DNA of 63,557 nt, filler included, from Bilabrum cf. latius (Eukaryota): NCBI GenBank assembly GCA_965178125.1. It is 3 parts of 3 records of this genome, joined end to end, with 100 filler letters (N's around TTAATTAATTAA, not from the genome) between each part and the next. Parts side by side here need not be neighbours in the genome. Positions count along the whole stretch, not along the records: positions 26,803 to 53,341 come from CBCXTV010000032.1; 2 more parts are not named here. One strand, given 5' to 3'. Of the stretch, positions 31,141 through 42,629 are shown piece after piece. Position 1 is the first letter of the stretch, and every line of letters begins with the position of its first letter. The position numbers and the translations under genes are program-made. The notes below the pieces were generated by a model. It searched no databases and had not been told where the DNA came from. It worked only from the letters and a program-made list of their open reading frames with translations.

Positions 31141-32022
31141 ACCCCGCGGCGTCTTCTCGCAAGAGACGTGGCCCCGGGCCGCGTCGGGGCCGGGTCTGGG
31201 CCGGGCCCGGGCCCGGCCCGGGCAGGGCCCGGGTCCGGGCCTCGTCCGGCCCGGGCCCGGGCCCCGGCAGGGCCCCGGCCGGGTCTGGGAGGGGCCGGGG
31301 CCGGGCCCGGGCAGGGCCCCGGCCTCGCCCGGGCGGGGTCTGGGACGGGCCGGGGCCGGGCCCGGGCCGAGTCTGGGACAGCCCGGGCCGGGTCTGGGAC
31401 GGGCCGGGGCCGGGCCCGGGCCCCGGCAGGGCCCGGGCCGGGTTTGCAACGCGGTGACATGCTCGAGGCGGCGGGGGGGGGGGGGGGGGGGTATGGCCGG
31501 GCGGGGGGGAAGGCGGGCGGGCGGGCGCACGGGGGACGCGGGCGGGCGGCCGGGCGGGCTGGCCGGGCGGGGGCGGGCGGGGGGCGGGCGGGCGGGGAGC
31601 GGGCGGGCGGGGGGGGGGGGGGGGGGCTGGGCGGGCGGGGGCCCGGTCCGGACCGGGCCCCGGCCCCGACGGGGGCCTGGGCCGGGTCCGGGCCGGTCCC
31701 GAACCGGGGCCCGGGCTGGGCTTCGGCCGGCAACAGGAACGCACATTCGCCTCGCACTGTTCGCATGGACTCCGCCGCCTCCGAGGCCGCACCACAAACT
31801 CGCACAACTCTCTGCGACGACTCCCGCTCCCCCGCCCTGTGAGCGCTGGCTCATGCTCGGCGTCGGAGGCCCCCGGTGCGCCGCTCATGCTCGACCCACG
31901 CATGCGGCGCGAACAAAAAATATGCAGATCCGGAGAGATAAACATCACTGGGGCTTGGCAAATCGGGCGGGGGTGTGGGCACGGCCACTCCACCCCCCTG
32001 CGCTTCGCCTCGCGGCCGGGAC

Positions 32023-33420
32023 CTAGTCTTCCCATATCTTGACCTTGATGTCCACCGGGCATGAATTCTCCTCGACCCAAGCGCGCGCTTCCATGTCCAC
32101 CGCGCCGCACCCTTTCCAGAACTCGTTGCTACGGACATGTAGGTTACTCAAACGCTGTATACACAGCCGTTCATGTAGGTTACTCAAACGCTGTATACAC
32201 AGCCGGTTCCCGGAACTTTCAAGACCAAGACAGAAATTGATGGCATCCATTGGATGGTTTCCGGACGAGATCATAAAAACGCAATGCGTACCATGATCAA
32301 CGAAAAAAGTCTATAAGGAAAACAGACCCCGCCCGCCCGCCGACAGGAAAAAACAACCGGCAAATATGTGAGGTTGCAAACGGCTGCGGCTCCTTGTCCC
32401 TTCCCGGCGCGACCCGACGGCGCTTGGCGACGAGGCTCTGGCAGTACTGGGACCTGCCGAGCGGCTGCATCCGGCTGAACCACTTGAATGGCTTCCGCCC
32501 GACAGCTTCGACAATTAGCTGCCGGCGTGGTGACCGGGCCGTCTGCAAAGCGGCTGGCCGAGCCGCTTGGCGCAGCGTTTGTGCCGCCGCCTCCCCCTTG
32601 GCCGCCGGAAGCAGAGGCGACAGAGTCTGACCCCCTTGTGCACGGAAACAAAAGCGCGGTCCCTGGCCTCGCCTACTCGCGGATGCTCAGCGCTCCAAGC
32701 GGGGGCTCGGCCACACCGCCTACGCGCGCGGAACCACTTGAAGATCAACGCCCGACAGCTTCGACAATTAGCTGCCAGCGTGGTGACCGGGCCGTTTGCA
32801 AAGCGCCTGGCAATTGCAGGCGAAGGCTCCGTTCGGGGGGGACGACCTGCTGGCGAATTCCGCGCCTTCTGCTACCCCAACGACAAATTCGATGTCGTCC
32901 GCGGCCGCGCGCCGCAGCGTATGAATCTGCAGCAGGGCCGCGGGTATGATAAGAGGCGGGAGTGGCGGATCCTATGACGCGTGTGGTGGTGTGTGGCTGT
33001 GGGTGTGCGTGTGACAGGAAAAAATCTCTCGACTATCAGCGTCCGAAGACGGAGCCCCCAGGGAGGCATCTATCAAATTATGATCTCGTCGACAAACAAT
33101 CAAAATGGATGCCTCAGCAACGGGACCACATAACAGAATTGTGCAATGCAAATGACTGCTGTTTCCAATTTGCAATTCTTGGAGCACTGATCAGGGTCGC
33201 CCGCAGGCATGCCAACTACCATCTGACGAAAAACAACCCCGCCATGCAGAGCAAGGTGAGCGACCGGCTTCACACTGCATGCACACGCAGGAATGAATAA
33301 AACGCGCTCCACTCGAAGGCAATTTGACTCACCCACATACCAGATGCCTGCAGACGAAGCGAAACATACAAAATCGCAATGCGCTGGGGGCAAGACGATG
33401 GCCAAAAAAACTCCGATGTG
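32023..33420 (-). pseudogene. rep: Decayed rep homolog; helicase core missing
   Basis: Colinear remnants in shifting frames: FIHSCVCM (cf. LVHFHVCM), DDIEFVV (cf. RAIDFHI), RKPFKW (cf. LRPFKV), VYSV* (cf. AYSVW) and SNEFW...ARAWVEENSCPVDIKVKIWED (cf. TNSW...DREWLDNNCTKVEVKDRLY). Confidence 0.65.
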
Positions 33421-34458
33421 TTTGACCGAGCGTTCATTTGTTCAGTGGCACCAGACCGCGAACGGATCCCCCCCCGTCCAAGGGGGGGGCCACAACCCCA
33501 GACGCCTGGTCCGCGCCTGCAGCACGACCGCGAAGAAAAGGACAGTCCGTGCAAACCGCCGGCAAAGCGTCGCCGCACAAGCTGCTGTGCTGGCAACACC
33601 ACTGCAACAGCGGGGGGCCCGGCGTGGTTCGAACGATGGGGGGGCACGGCCACTCTCCTGGCAGATCCGTCGGGGTGCGGCCAGGCAAGCACCTCCACCT
33701 GGTCGCAGCCGGAGGCGGACGCATCGCCATCCGCGTCCCCGAAGGGGAGTGCGGACCAACCGTACGCTTCGGCATCAGGAGCAGGGACTACCGTCTCGAC
33801 GCCGGACGCCATCGGCGCCTGAGGATTCGTATCGCATTCGAGGGTTGAGGGCCGCGCAAAATGCGCTCCTGGCCGGAAGGTATGCGGCACAGACGGAACA
33901 AAGAGGCTGCATGTGGCATGCCATGACAACCTGGACACACTTTCACGAATGCGCAGCAGCTGCACGAATGGGATGTTCGGGCCGGGGCCCGGGCCCGCCC
34001 CCGGGCCCCGGCCCCGGCGCCGGCCCGGGCCTGGGCCGGGGCCCCGGCCCCGGCCCCGGCCCCGGCCCGGGCCCCGGCCCCGGCCCCGGCCCGGGGCCGG
34101 GGCGGAGGATGAGGTGAGAGTGACCTGGCGCACAGTGGCACACAAGAGTGCCATGACGAAAACGGACACATTCTGAGAAACGCTCAGCATGCCGGGCCGG
34201 GCCCCCGCGCCGGGCCCGGGCCGAGCCCGGCCCCGGCCCGGCCCGGGGCCCGGGCCGGGGCGCGGGCCCGGGCCCGGGCCCGGGAGGCGCGCGGCGAAGC
34301 GGTCGGGCGGGCACCGCCCGGCCGCAGCCAGGGGCCCCGGCGCGCAAACGGGGGATCCCACAACATGCTTTCGCCAAGGGTCTTGTCGCTTCTCGGCTCA
34401 CATGCGCGCGCTGTGAACTCCCACTCTCTTTCCGGCAGCCGAGGGCAATGCAGGCAGG

Positions 34459-36364
34459 TCAGTACATCGCGCCGGACCTTGTCCGGCGAGGGGCGGGGGG
34501 CTCGGCCACTCCTGCCCTGGCGCCCGCGGAGGCGCCCGCGGAACTCGCCGCGACAGGACCGGACTTTGCTCTTGCGAGCGGCGGCCCCAGTCGCCTGGCG
34601 ACCGGGACAGGGCGAGCCACAACGGCAGCAGCCCCTTCAAGCCGTCTCCGAAGGAAGCGCCGAGGGGGCCCAAGAAGAGACTGAAGCATGAGCGGAGCCG
34701 GTCGCCCCAGGAGCTCCGCGAAATCCTCCGGCGACGGCGGCGCCAGAGGCAGCGGCAAGGTCGTACCCAAAGCATCAGAGATGCGCGATCGGAGAGTCGC
34801 GCCGGGTCCGCGCAAGCCGTTGGCCCACATGCGCCCCGCGCTGTCTGTGTCCACCACATGCTGCCGCATCGCGGCCGCAGCGATATCGATCCACCGCCCT
34901 GGAGGCAAAACGCCGTCCGCGCTCTCTGCCCGACAAGTCGTCTGCCCGGAGCTGATGGCGGCTTTGAGGTGTTGGAAGACATGCGTGTCGAGCGGCTGCA
35001 ACAGCCAGGTCATGGATGCCGGGACGAGCGCGACGAAAAGGCCCAGGCGCGCGATGTGGTTGACGACTTGCCACGACAAGTGCTGCGGTGCGCAGTCCAT
35101 GACCAGGACCACTGGCCGACCAGGATGTACCTCCCTGCAAGCTCGACGAACCCGGGTCAGGATGCCGCAAAAGACCGGCCCGGTCACCCAGCCCTTCGTG
35201 CCAGGGATGTGCACCAATGGGGCGGCCAAGACCGCCAGTCTCTCTCGATCGGCTCGTGTCATGCGCTCAGTGTGTGGCAGGAGGATCTGGGGCAAGCGCG
35301 CATGGACCTCGGGGTCGTCGGCAATCGCAGCTACATAGGTCATGTGGCCTCTCGCTTCCCGCAGACTGATGCGCGCATACCGCTGCCGACCCACAGCGGC
35401 TAACTTCCCCACACAATGGCCTCGTCTTGGAGCCATTCCTCGCGAAATGGCCGTTTCGTCGAGGTTGACGACAATGTAGGGCTCGTCCCGAAGGACCCCG
35501 AAGCGCAGCCACTGGCACCACTGGAAGAAGGCCGCGACCTGGGTCGCCCAGGAACGGAAATCTCGGCTGATTTTTCCGAAAACAGGTCCCCGTTTTTGGG
35601 GCCGTTTTTTGGCCCCAAAAATGGGGACCCCCTATTATGCGGACAATAGGGTGGCCCCATTTTTGGGGCCGTTTTTCGGCCCCAAAAATGGGGCCAAAAA
35701 CTGCCCCAAGAATCGGCCCAGAATTTCGCCCACGGACCTTCCGGCTCTGCATCTCGGGGGCTACAGCGGAGCGCCAAGGCATGATCCGCAACCGGACGTG
35801 CCACCTCTTCCGAAACCTCAGCGCCCAATTCTTTCTGAACCCGCCCCGCCGCAGTTGCGCCACAAAAGCGGGGTACCGGCCGCGCCGCTCTGCGACTGGC
35901 CAGTTCTCGACCAACCACTTCGCCACCTCCGCGACTTTCGGCGAGGAGCCCCTCGTGTTAGCATCGTTGATGCGGAGGACGACACGAGCCTCAGCGACGA
36001 CCATCGCGGCCCGCCAAGCGAGCCGACTCTGGACTGCTGCCTCCAAGTGGCCCGTCGCGACGCTCACCACACTCGCCAGCGCGAGGGCGGGCGGTGCGGG
36101 GGCCCTCGGCCCGCAACCCGGGCGCGCGCGCTTGCCACATCGATTTTGCATGACATGAGTAGCGATGAGATCCCATTCACTTCCCTCATGGGACAGGCTT
36201 TGGGCGACGCGCAAGAGCACCCAGCGAGAAAACGACAGTCGCTTTGGCAAGGCATGCTCCCTCGCTCGCCTCGTTGCTCGCCGCCCTTCTCTCTGCAGCT
36301 CTTGCACAATTTCCTTCTGCGCCCTGATCATCGCTTCTAGCTCTCTGCGGGCGACGGCAGGCAT
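34459..36364 (-). CDS. pogo/Tigger-like DDE transposase, 568 aa; join(36364-35738, 35538-34459)
   Basis: Removing a 199-bp AAG|GT...AG|G intron gives SRK-VAAFFQW...VVNLDET...LVMDCAPQH...VPASMTWLLQPLDTHVF, colinear with the intronless 2092-3729 protein. Confidence 0.88.
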
Positions 36365-36549
36365 GCTGGTGAGGGCAGGCTGACGCGAGGAGCTTGGGCC
36401 CAAGGGCGCTGCATGCCCGTCCCTGCTTCACCATGTGGCCCGCCCACCCAGGTGGGCCTCTCCACCGCGACCCCTTTCTTACACACACTCATCGTCTTCC
36501 TCTTACCCTGAGCGACATGCGTCCCACACCTAACTCAAGACATGGTGTG

Positions 36550-36760
36550 CCTGAGGCGTCGCCTGGCGTCGACGACAGCAGCGCTGACACGAGACCGGGC
36601 GGTCTTCCTGAGCGCCACCGTCATCTTATGCAGGGCTGTTTTGGTCTCTTGGCGCGCCTCCCGAATCTTCGCCGATGCGCCGATGTGCTTCACTCATGCG
36701 CTCCATCTCCGCTACCATGACTGAGTCGCCTCCGGGCGTCAAGACTGTTACCTGTGGGGG
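36550..36760 (-). pseudogene. Paralogous fragment of the first exon of the coiled-coil gene
   Basis: KHIGASAKIREARQETKTALHKM versus KHIATVAKIREARQEARKAMNKM at 37660-37730. Confidence 0.6.
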
Positions 36761-37256
36761 CTGGCCAAACCAGAGACACGAAACCCGGACAAGAATGTTA
36801 CTGGACGGGGGAATGAAGCCATGTCACACTCACTTTTAGTTGTCCTCTGACGCTTAGTCTTAGTCCTAGCCCTACACGCACTCGCCTTTGCACTCGACTG
36901 CGGACAACGTTGGCACGCTCATGCACACAGGTGTCACTCACGGAACGCAGGAGAAGATGCGCAGACGCTTATCTGGAACGGCCGCGCCTCCTTGTTGGAA
37001 AGATCTTGCTCTGAGTCTGACGCCTTGTGCAGGGAAACAAAAGCGCGGTCCCTGGCCTCGCCGTACTCGCGGATGCTCAGCGCTCCAAGCGGGGGCTCGG
37101 CCACTCCGCTTTGTTTGCTTCACTCGCGCCCGGTGCGGGAAATGCCCGAAGACTCGAGCCCTGGCGCCTCACCTCTCAGTGGGCCGGGAAAAAAAGGCCG
37201 CCCTCTCGGGGCGGACCGGTGCCGACATCTCGGGACTGGCGACTGTCGCCGGTTCC

Positions 37257-37800
37257 TCAATCAGCGCGCTCCTCTTCCTCCTCTTCCTCGCGGGGCCCGT
37301 CAGGGCCGGGGTGGACCTCGCTGCTGCTGGCGGCGCCTGTCGCCGTCGAAGGCCCACTGCCGGTTGACGCCGCGCCCTGGGCTGGCGCCACCTCTGCGGC
37401 GCGCGCCGCTGCAACGGCCTCGAGCTCCGGCGCGGTCCACTTCTTGGCCGCAGCGATCTCGAGCAGATCTTCCAAATCTAGTCTCGTCGCCCTGCGCATG
37501 AGGCGTTTGTGGCGCCGGTTCCCCTTCGCTATTGTCTTTGGGGGCGACATGGGGATGACACCTAGCTCATGACATGGACTGTCTGGGGCCGGACCCTGGC
37601 TCCGGGACGGAAGTGCTGACATGAGACGGGGCGCTCCCTCTTGAGCTCCACCCCCATCTTATTCATGGCCTTTCTGGCCTCTTGCCGCGCCTCCCGAATC
37701 TTCGCCACAGTGGCGATGTGCTTCCCTGATCCGGCGCATCTCGCCTTCCGGGCTGAGTCGGCATCGGGCCTCCGGACTCGAATCGGAGGCGGGTGGCAAA
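37257..37800 (-). CDS. Small basic coiled-coil protein, probably two exons; start uncertain
   Basis: AKIREARQEARKAMNKMGVELKR and GNRRHKRLMRRATRLDLEDLLEIAAAKK lie in different frames ~110 bp apart. Together they match the 12619-13323 protein. Confidence 0.55.
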
Positions 37801-38336
37801 AGCAAAAGCCGGAAACCCGCTGAAGAATGGCTGAGGTGGGAAGCATTTGGCCACTAGCCTCGTGTCCGCAGTACATACACACAGTCGTCACTTCCACGCT
37901 CGCCACAGAACCCTGGGAGGCCACGAACCTCGGCCGCTAGGGCCCGCTCACTCAAACGTTCCGGCCCTGGCCCCAGGGCCCGGCCCCATGTCTGACGGAG
38001 AACCCTGGGTGGCCACGAAGGTGGGCCGCCCGGGGCCGCACCACCACACGATCAGGCCCAGGGCCCGGGGCCGGACCGGGCCCGGCTAGGGCCCGGGGCC
38101 TGGCCACTGGCCGGGCCCACATGGGGTCGACCAGACCCATGGCAAATGCGACGCATGCTGGTATGACAAGGCACTCGAATGACTGATGCTTTCTGCCACC
38201 AGAACCCGCGCGCCCCGGCAACCTCAGAGATGTTGCGGCGCGCGACCGGCGCGCACTTGCAAGTGAAAGGGCGCGGCAACGGCCAAGGAGTGGACGCAGG
38301 GGCACGGCCACTCTGCATCAAAACGGGCGCCTGGGC

Positions 38337-40531
38337 CTAGCGAGCGCTCTCTTCCCAGATCTTCACCGCGCGGGCAAGGGCCTCCTCTCGGATCTGCCAT
38401 TCCCGCGACCAAAAGGTGCAGGCCTCGCACACCTGGCAGTTACTTGGTGTCAGGCTCATGGGGGTCAAGTTCGCCACGCCAGTGAGCCGGAACGCAGGGC
38501 AGCTCGTCGCCACCTCCGCGGCAACTCTCGCGCAGGCCATGCTCGTGTGCCGCCCCGACTTGCACAGGAGCACCACCGTCAGCTGTGTCCCGTTTGCCGT
38601 CCCCTCGCGCATGGCCGCCAGCATCGCGAGGGCCGCGGGCTGCACGACCTGCCGGAAGTTGGCATGGCACACGATGGGGCCGAAGTTCTGCGGGTGGGTC
38701 CCGAGGTGGCGCCGGTGGCCTTGGTCCGACGGCTTGGGCAGGGGCCGGGTGTCGACGACGCACAGAGGGCCGTCCGTCCCCGGGAGTGTCTGCCGGATCG
38801 CCTTCTCGACGGTTTTGGCGTCCCAACTGTGCGTCGTTGCGTAGCTGTGGCAAAGCTCCCTGCACACAACGACATGGGGGAGCTCGAAAAGGATTGGCGG
38901 GCGAGATGCGGCAAGGAGCGAAGGCCAAAGGTTGGGCAGCGGGTGGCAAGAGGGGGTGGGGGGGCCTCGGGACGGCGGGCGACGCAGGTGACGGCAAGAG
39001 CGGGGATGAAGGGGACACAGCTTCGGGGCGGATAAACCTGTGGCTGGCAGGCAATGGGGCACTGAAACAAACGACGGTGGCTTAGTATGCGGGAACGTTT
39101 CGGGAGTCCTCACCAACTGCCCGAGGAAGCGCAAGCCTCCGTAGACGATGCGGACGTTCACCCTTCGCGCAGGGGCCTCAGCCCTTGAGCCCGAAGCGGC
39201 CTGAGAGAGCGAAGCGGCCTGAGGCGGCGACGTCGGCGGCGATGGTGGCACCGCCGGCACATCGGTGGGCCCGGCCACTCCCGACATGCCGAAAGTTGCG
39301 GCTGCGGCCTCCCGGTCGCTCGGCCTCGGCCGCCGGAGGCACGTCCACCAGCAGCAGTACCAAGGCTCGTCTCGGCAAGTCTCCCGGTCGTTCCGCTGGA
39401 GCCGCCCCTCTTCGAGGCGCCGCCTGTAGACCCCCCTCCAAGCAGCGTCGCACATCTTTCCGAAGCGCTTCGCCGGTTCCTCCCCGAACGTCGCCAGAAC
39501 AGCCGGGTCGCAGTTCGCGAGCTTGGCGATGCTCCGGTCCACTCGCGCTTCCAGGTTGTCCAGGTCATTCGGCAAGGCCGAACCACATATCGTCGGCCCG
39601 ACCAGAGACGGCCGCTGTGCGCTTCTGTCCACCTCGCCGTGCCGAACCTTCGCCAAGGCCAGCAAGCGCTCGCGCAAGTCCACGTCCTCAGAGGCAGCGG
39701 GCTGAGTTCCTTCCGTGTCGTAACCGCGCAAAAAAAGGAAGTCGAGCGGCCTGTACGCCATCCGGCCCGTCAGCGCACCCTCGACGAGGCGACAGACGAC
39801 GCACAGGCCCGAGGTGTCCTTGCCGCGTCGGAAATGGTACGCGACGCCGATGATGTACTCCGGCGTCATGAGGTTGTCGCAGTCCAGGTTGACCAGCACC
39901 TTCGCGCTGTTGCCCGCCGACCACATGGCGAACTGGTGCGCCCCGTTCTTGGCCCAGGATGCATGCCAGTACTGCAACTGCTGCGGGCCGGCCCGGCCAG
40001 TGCCCGCAACAAGGGCTCCTGGTCGATGCGGCATCCAGCTCGGCGCGTCGACGCCGTTGTCCCTTGCCGCAGCCGGCCAGCAGCGCCGCCCGAGGCCACC
40101 AGCAAGAAGCCGCTGTCGAGCGCCCACAGGAAGCGCGACCGGATGTCCTCCCAGGTGGACTGGTCGTCCTCGCCGAGCAACAACACACAAAACTTCACAC
40201 AGCGGCGCCAGGGGAAGGCTACGGCGAGGTTCACCGCCAGCGACACGAGCAACTGCGCGCCCCTGCCCATGCAGGTCGTGCAGAAGAGCATGGGCCCCTG
40301 CAGACCCAAGTCCTCGGCGTCGCATCCTCGCTTCAGCGAGGTTTGCAGCTGCGCCAGCCAAAAGTCGCGGCTCAGGGAGGCGACTCGGGAGAGAACGGCG
40401 TCGCCTGGCACTGGATGCTCTGGCTGGGGTGAGGGCGAGGTCAATGCGGGAGGAAGGGGGGCACACAAAAGAGAGCCACCCGCCCGGGTGCATCCCAGGA
40501 GGGGCTGATGTGGGGGCGAAGGGAGCTTCAC
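38337..40531 (-). CDS. GT-A (GT2/GT7-like) glycosyltransferase fused to a C-terminal RapZ-C-like domain; frame change near 40060
   Basis: FCTTCMGR...NL in one frame. In the next frame: HASWAKN...LVNLDCDN (DxD), LTGRMAY...LRGYD...EDVDLRERL. C-terminal TVVLLCKSGRHTSMA. Confidence 0.7.
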
Positions 40532-40538
40532 AAGGACC

Positions 40539-41435
40539 CTAGCTGCACTTGGACACTTGCGCGACGGATGGGTTCTTGCGACCCCGGGAGCCCCGACAAA
40601 CCTGGAGGAGCTCCTGCGCTCCCAAGCTGTGGTGCACCTGTTCGCTGCGGACGACCGCGGCGGAGGCGTCCCCGGAGAGTGCAGAGGACGTGTCCAAGCC
40701 CTTCGTCGCCCCTGGATTCACCGGCCCTGGCTCGGACCTCCCGAGAGCTTGAGCACGAGCGAAGGTCTCGTGCATTGTCAACTCGTCCTCCGGGCCGGAC
40801 CCTTCGGACGCCGAGTCTGGCTCCGCCGCCTGGTCGGCGGGGTCCTCGTCCGGGCCGGGAGAGCCTTCGGGGCCCAACCAAGGCTCCGCCGTCAAGCCGT
40901 CGAGGCCTATGTTGCAGATCCACACCCGGCTCGCCAGGGGCCAGCCCTCCACGCTGCGGAACTTCCTGCGAATGTGATCCCGCAATCGCATGTAGAAGGG
41001 CGCAGTGGAGCCCTGAGGCCCTGTGATGTGCAAGCTCGAGCGCGCCTTCTCGGGCCCGGTCTGCCGACGCTTCCGTCGGCCCCGGAGGGTGAAACCGACG
41101 CCGAGATCCTGGGCCAGTTGGAGCCACCAGTTGTAGTCGCCTACGCTGCCCCTGTCATTGAAGAGCGTGCCAATGGACAAGTCCGCAGGAATAACAACAT
41201 TGAGAAGCTCACCGTCAGGGCGCCAGATCCTACCGCCGGCCTGGGCCTGACTTGCCGGGTGGTCGCCCTTCTTCCCTGCCTTTCCGGTGCTCGATGCCAT
41301 GGCAGCCGCGAGGACACGAATGACAGTGGGTGGCGGCAGTGGTGGGCCCGGCCACAGCCGCTCGGCGATGCCGGGAAAGGCGCTTCGGAAACAAGGACAA
41401 TGAGGAAATTGCATGTAGACCGGCCCATGCCGCAC
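40539..41435 (-). CDS. Hypothetical protein with possible degenerate KH-like domain; ATG at 41300; may be the 5' exon of the glycosyltransferase
   Basis: VVIPADLSIGTLF...LAQDLGVGFTLRGR...LHITGP resembles the SF1/STAR-type KH pattern but lacks a clean GxxG. Confidence 0.4.
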   Translation of the reverse strand: MRHGPVYMQFPHCPCFRSAFPGIAERLWPGPPLPPPTVIRVLAAAMASSTGKAGKKGDHPASQAQAGGRIWRPDGELLNVVIPADLSIGTLFNDRGSVGDYNWWLQLAQDLGVGFTLRGRRKRRQTGPEKARSSLHITGPQGSTAPFYMRLRDHIRRKFRSVEGWPLASRVWICNIGLDGLTAEPWLGPEGSPGPDEDPADQAAEPDSASEGSGPEDELTMHETFARAQALGRSEPGPVNPGATKGLDTSSALSGDASAAVVRSEQVHHSLGAQELLQVCRGSRGRKNPSVAQVSKCS

Positions 41436-41841
41436 TCTCCCAAGGAAACAAACCTTGACACATGCACACCCTCCACCATGCTCTGAAACATAGACTCTCT
41501 CTGCCGCGGAAACCTCGTGTGTGCATCAGGAAACTTATTTTGTGACGATGAACTTGTAACCATGCGCATAGAAAAAGAAGTGATATGAACGGATGTTGGG
41601 GACATGCTGCCAAAAATGCCTCGGATCCGACTGCCTGCCGCAGGCCCTTGCCATGCAACACCCAGATTCCGACACACTGGAAGCGGGCCAGGGAGACCAA
41701 GCTTTTTCACCGGACAGGCGCCACGAGTCCCCAACCCCGCACTGTGGCGCGCCCGAATTGAATGGGCGAGTTTCCCGCGCCGCGGGGCCACGACACCCCG
41801 GTGGGCTCGGCCACACCCGGGATGTTGACGGTGAGCTACGC

Positions 41842-42629
41842 TCACTGGCCCGCAAGATCCGCCTCATCCGAATCCGACTCCTCGGAGGAAGTTCCGAATG
41901 GGCCGGGCAGCTCCATGATCCAGGGGGCGGCAGCAGCCCAAAGATCCGCATCCATGGTCTTCAAACTTTGCCCCGCGCCGAGATCGCGCGACGTCTCATA
42001 GCACACCCTGTCGCCGCCCTCGTAAGGCGTCTCCAGCTCGAGCGTCATCTTCACGGCTCCTCGGAGATGCCCGGACTGTATGGCTTCGAGAACCATATTT
42101 TTCGGCGACTTGCTCTTCATGATGCAATCACGGCATCGAGCACCTCCTTTTTTCCCCCGCGGCCTCGGGTCCTCGGATGCGATGGCGCGGCGGACGCGGC
42201 GACGCACACGACTCAAGGCGGGATTGTTGAAAGCCGCGATGGACTTCTGGACGCCGCACATCTCGCAGCTGACGTCCGAAAGCGCCCAATCGTCAAAAAG
42301 GGACTCATACCAGGAATCCTCTGATCCGTGCTTTTGCGGCCTGCGGACGAGCCGGCATGCGGGATGCAGAGAGGTCGCTGCCAAGTCCCAAACGACCCTG
42401 CCATCGCTGCCTGCAGGATGCAGGCCGGCGCCCGGACCGGCCCGGGCCCGGGCCCGGGCCCGGGCCCCGGGCCCGGGCCCCGGGCCCCGGGCCCCGGCCC
42501 GGCCCGGGCCCGGCCCCCGGCCCCGGCCCCGGGAACGGCCGGCCTGGCCCGGCCCCGGACCTGGCCCGGGCGCAGCCCGGGGGCATTCGGCTGGCCCTTC
42601 TGCGAACCTTCTCCGCTGCCCGAAGCCAT
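41842..42629 (-). CDS. Zinc-finger protein, second copy
   Basis: Copy of 27182-27969 at +14,660. Confidence 0.65.

Noticed and set aside
28774-32110. Long Gly-Pro / Ala-Arg repeat ORFs on both strands
   Set aside because: They are by-products of stop-free GGGCCC and CCCG microsatellites that are open in most frames.
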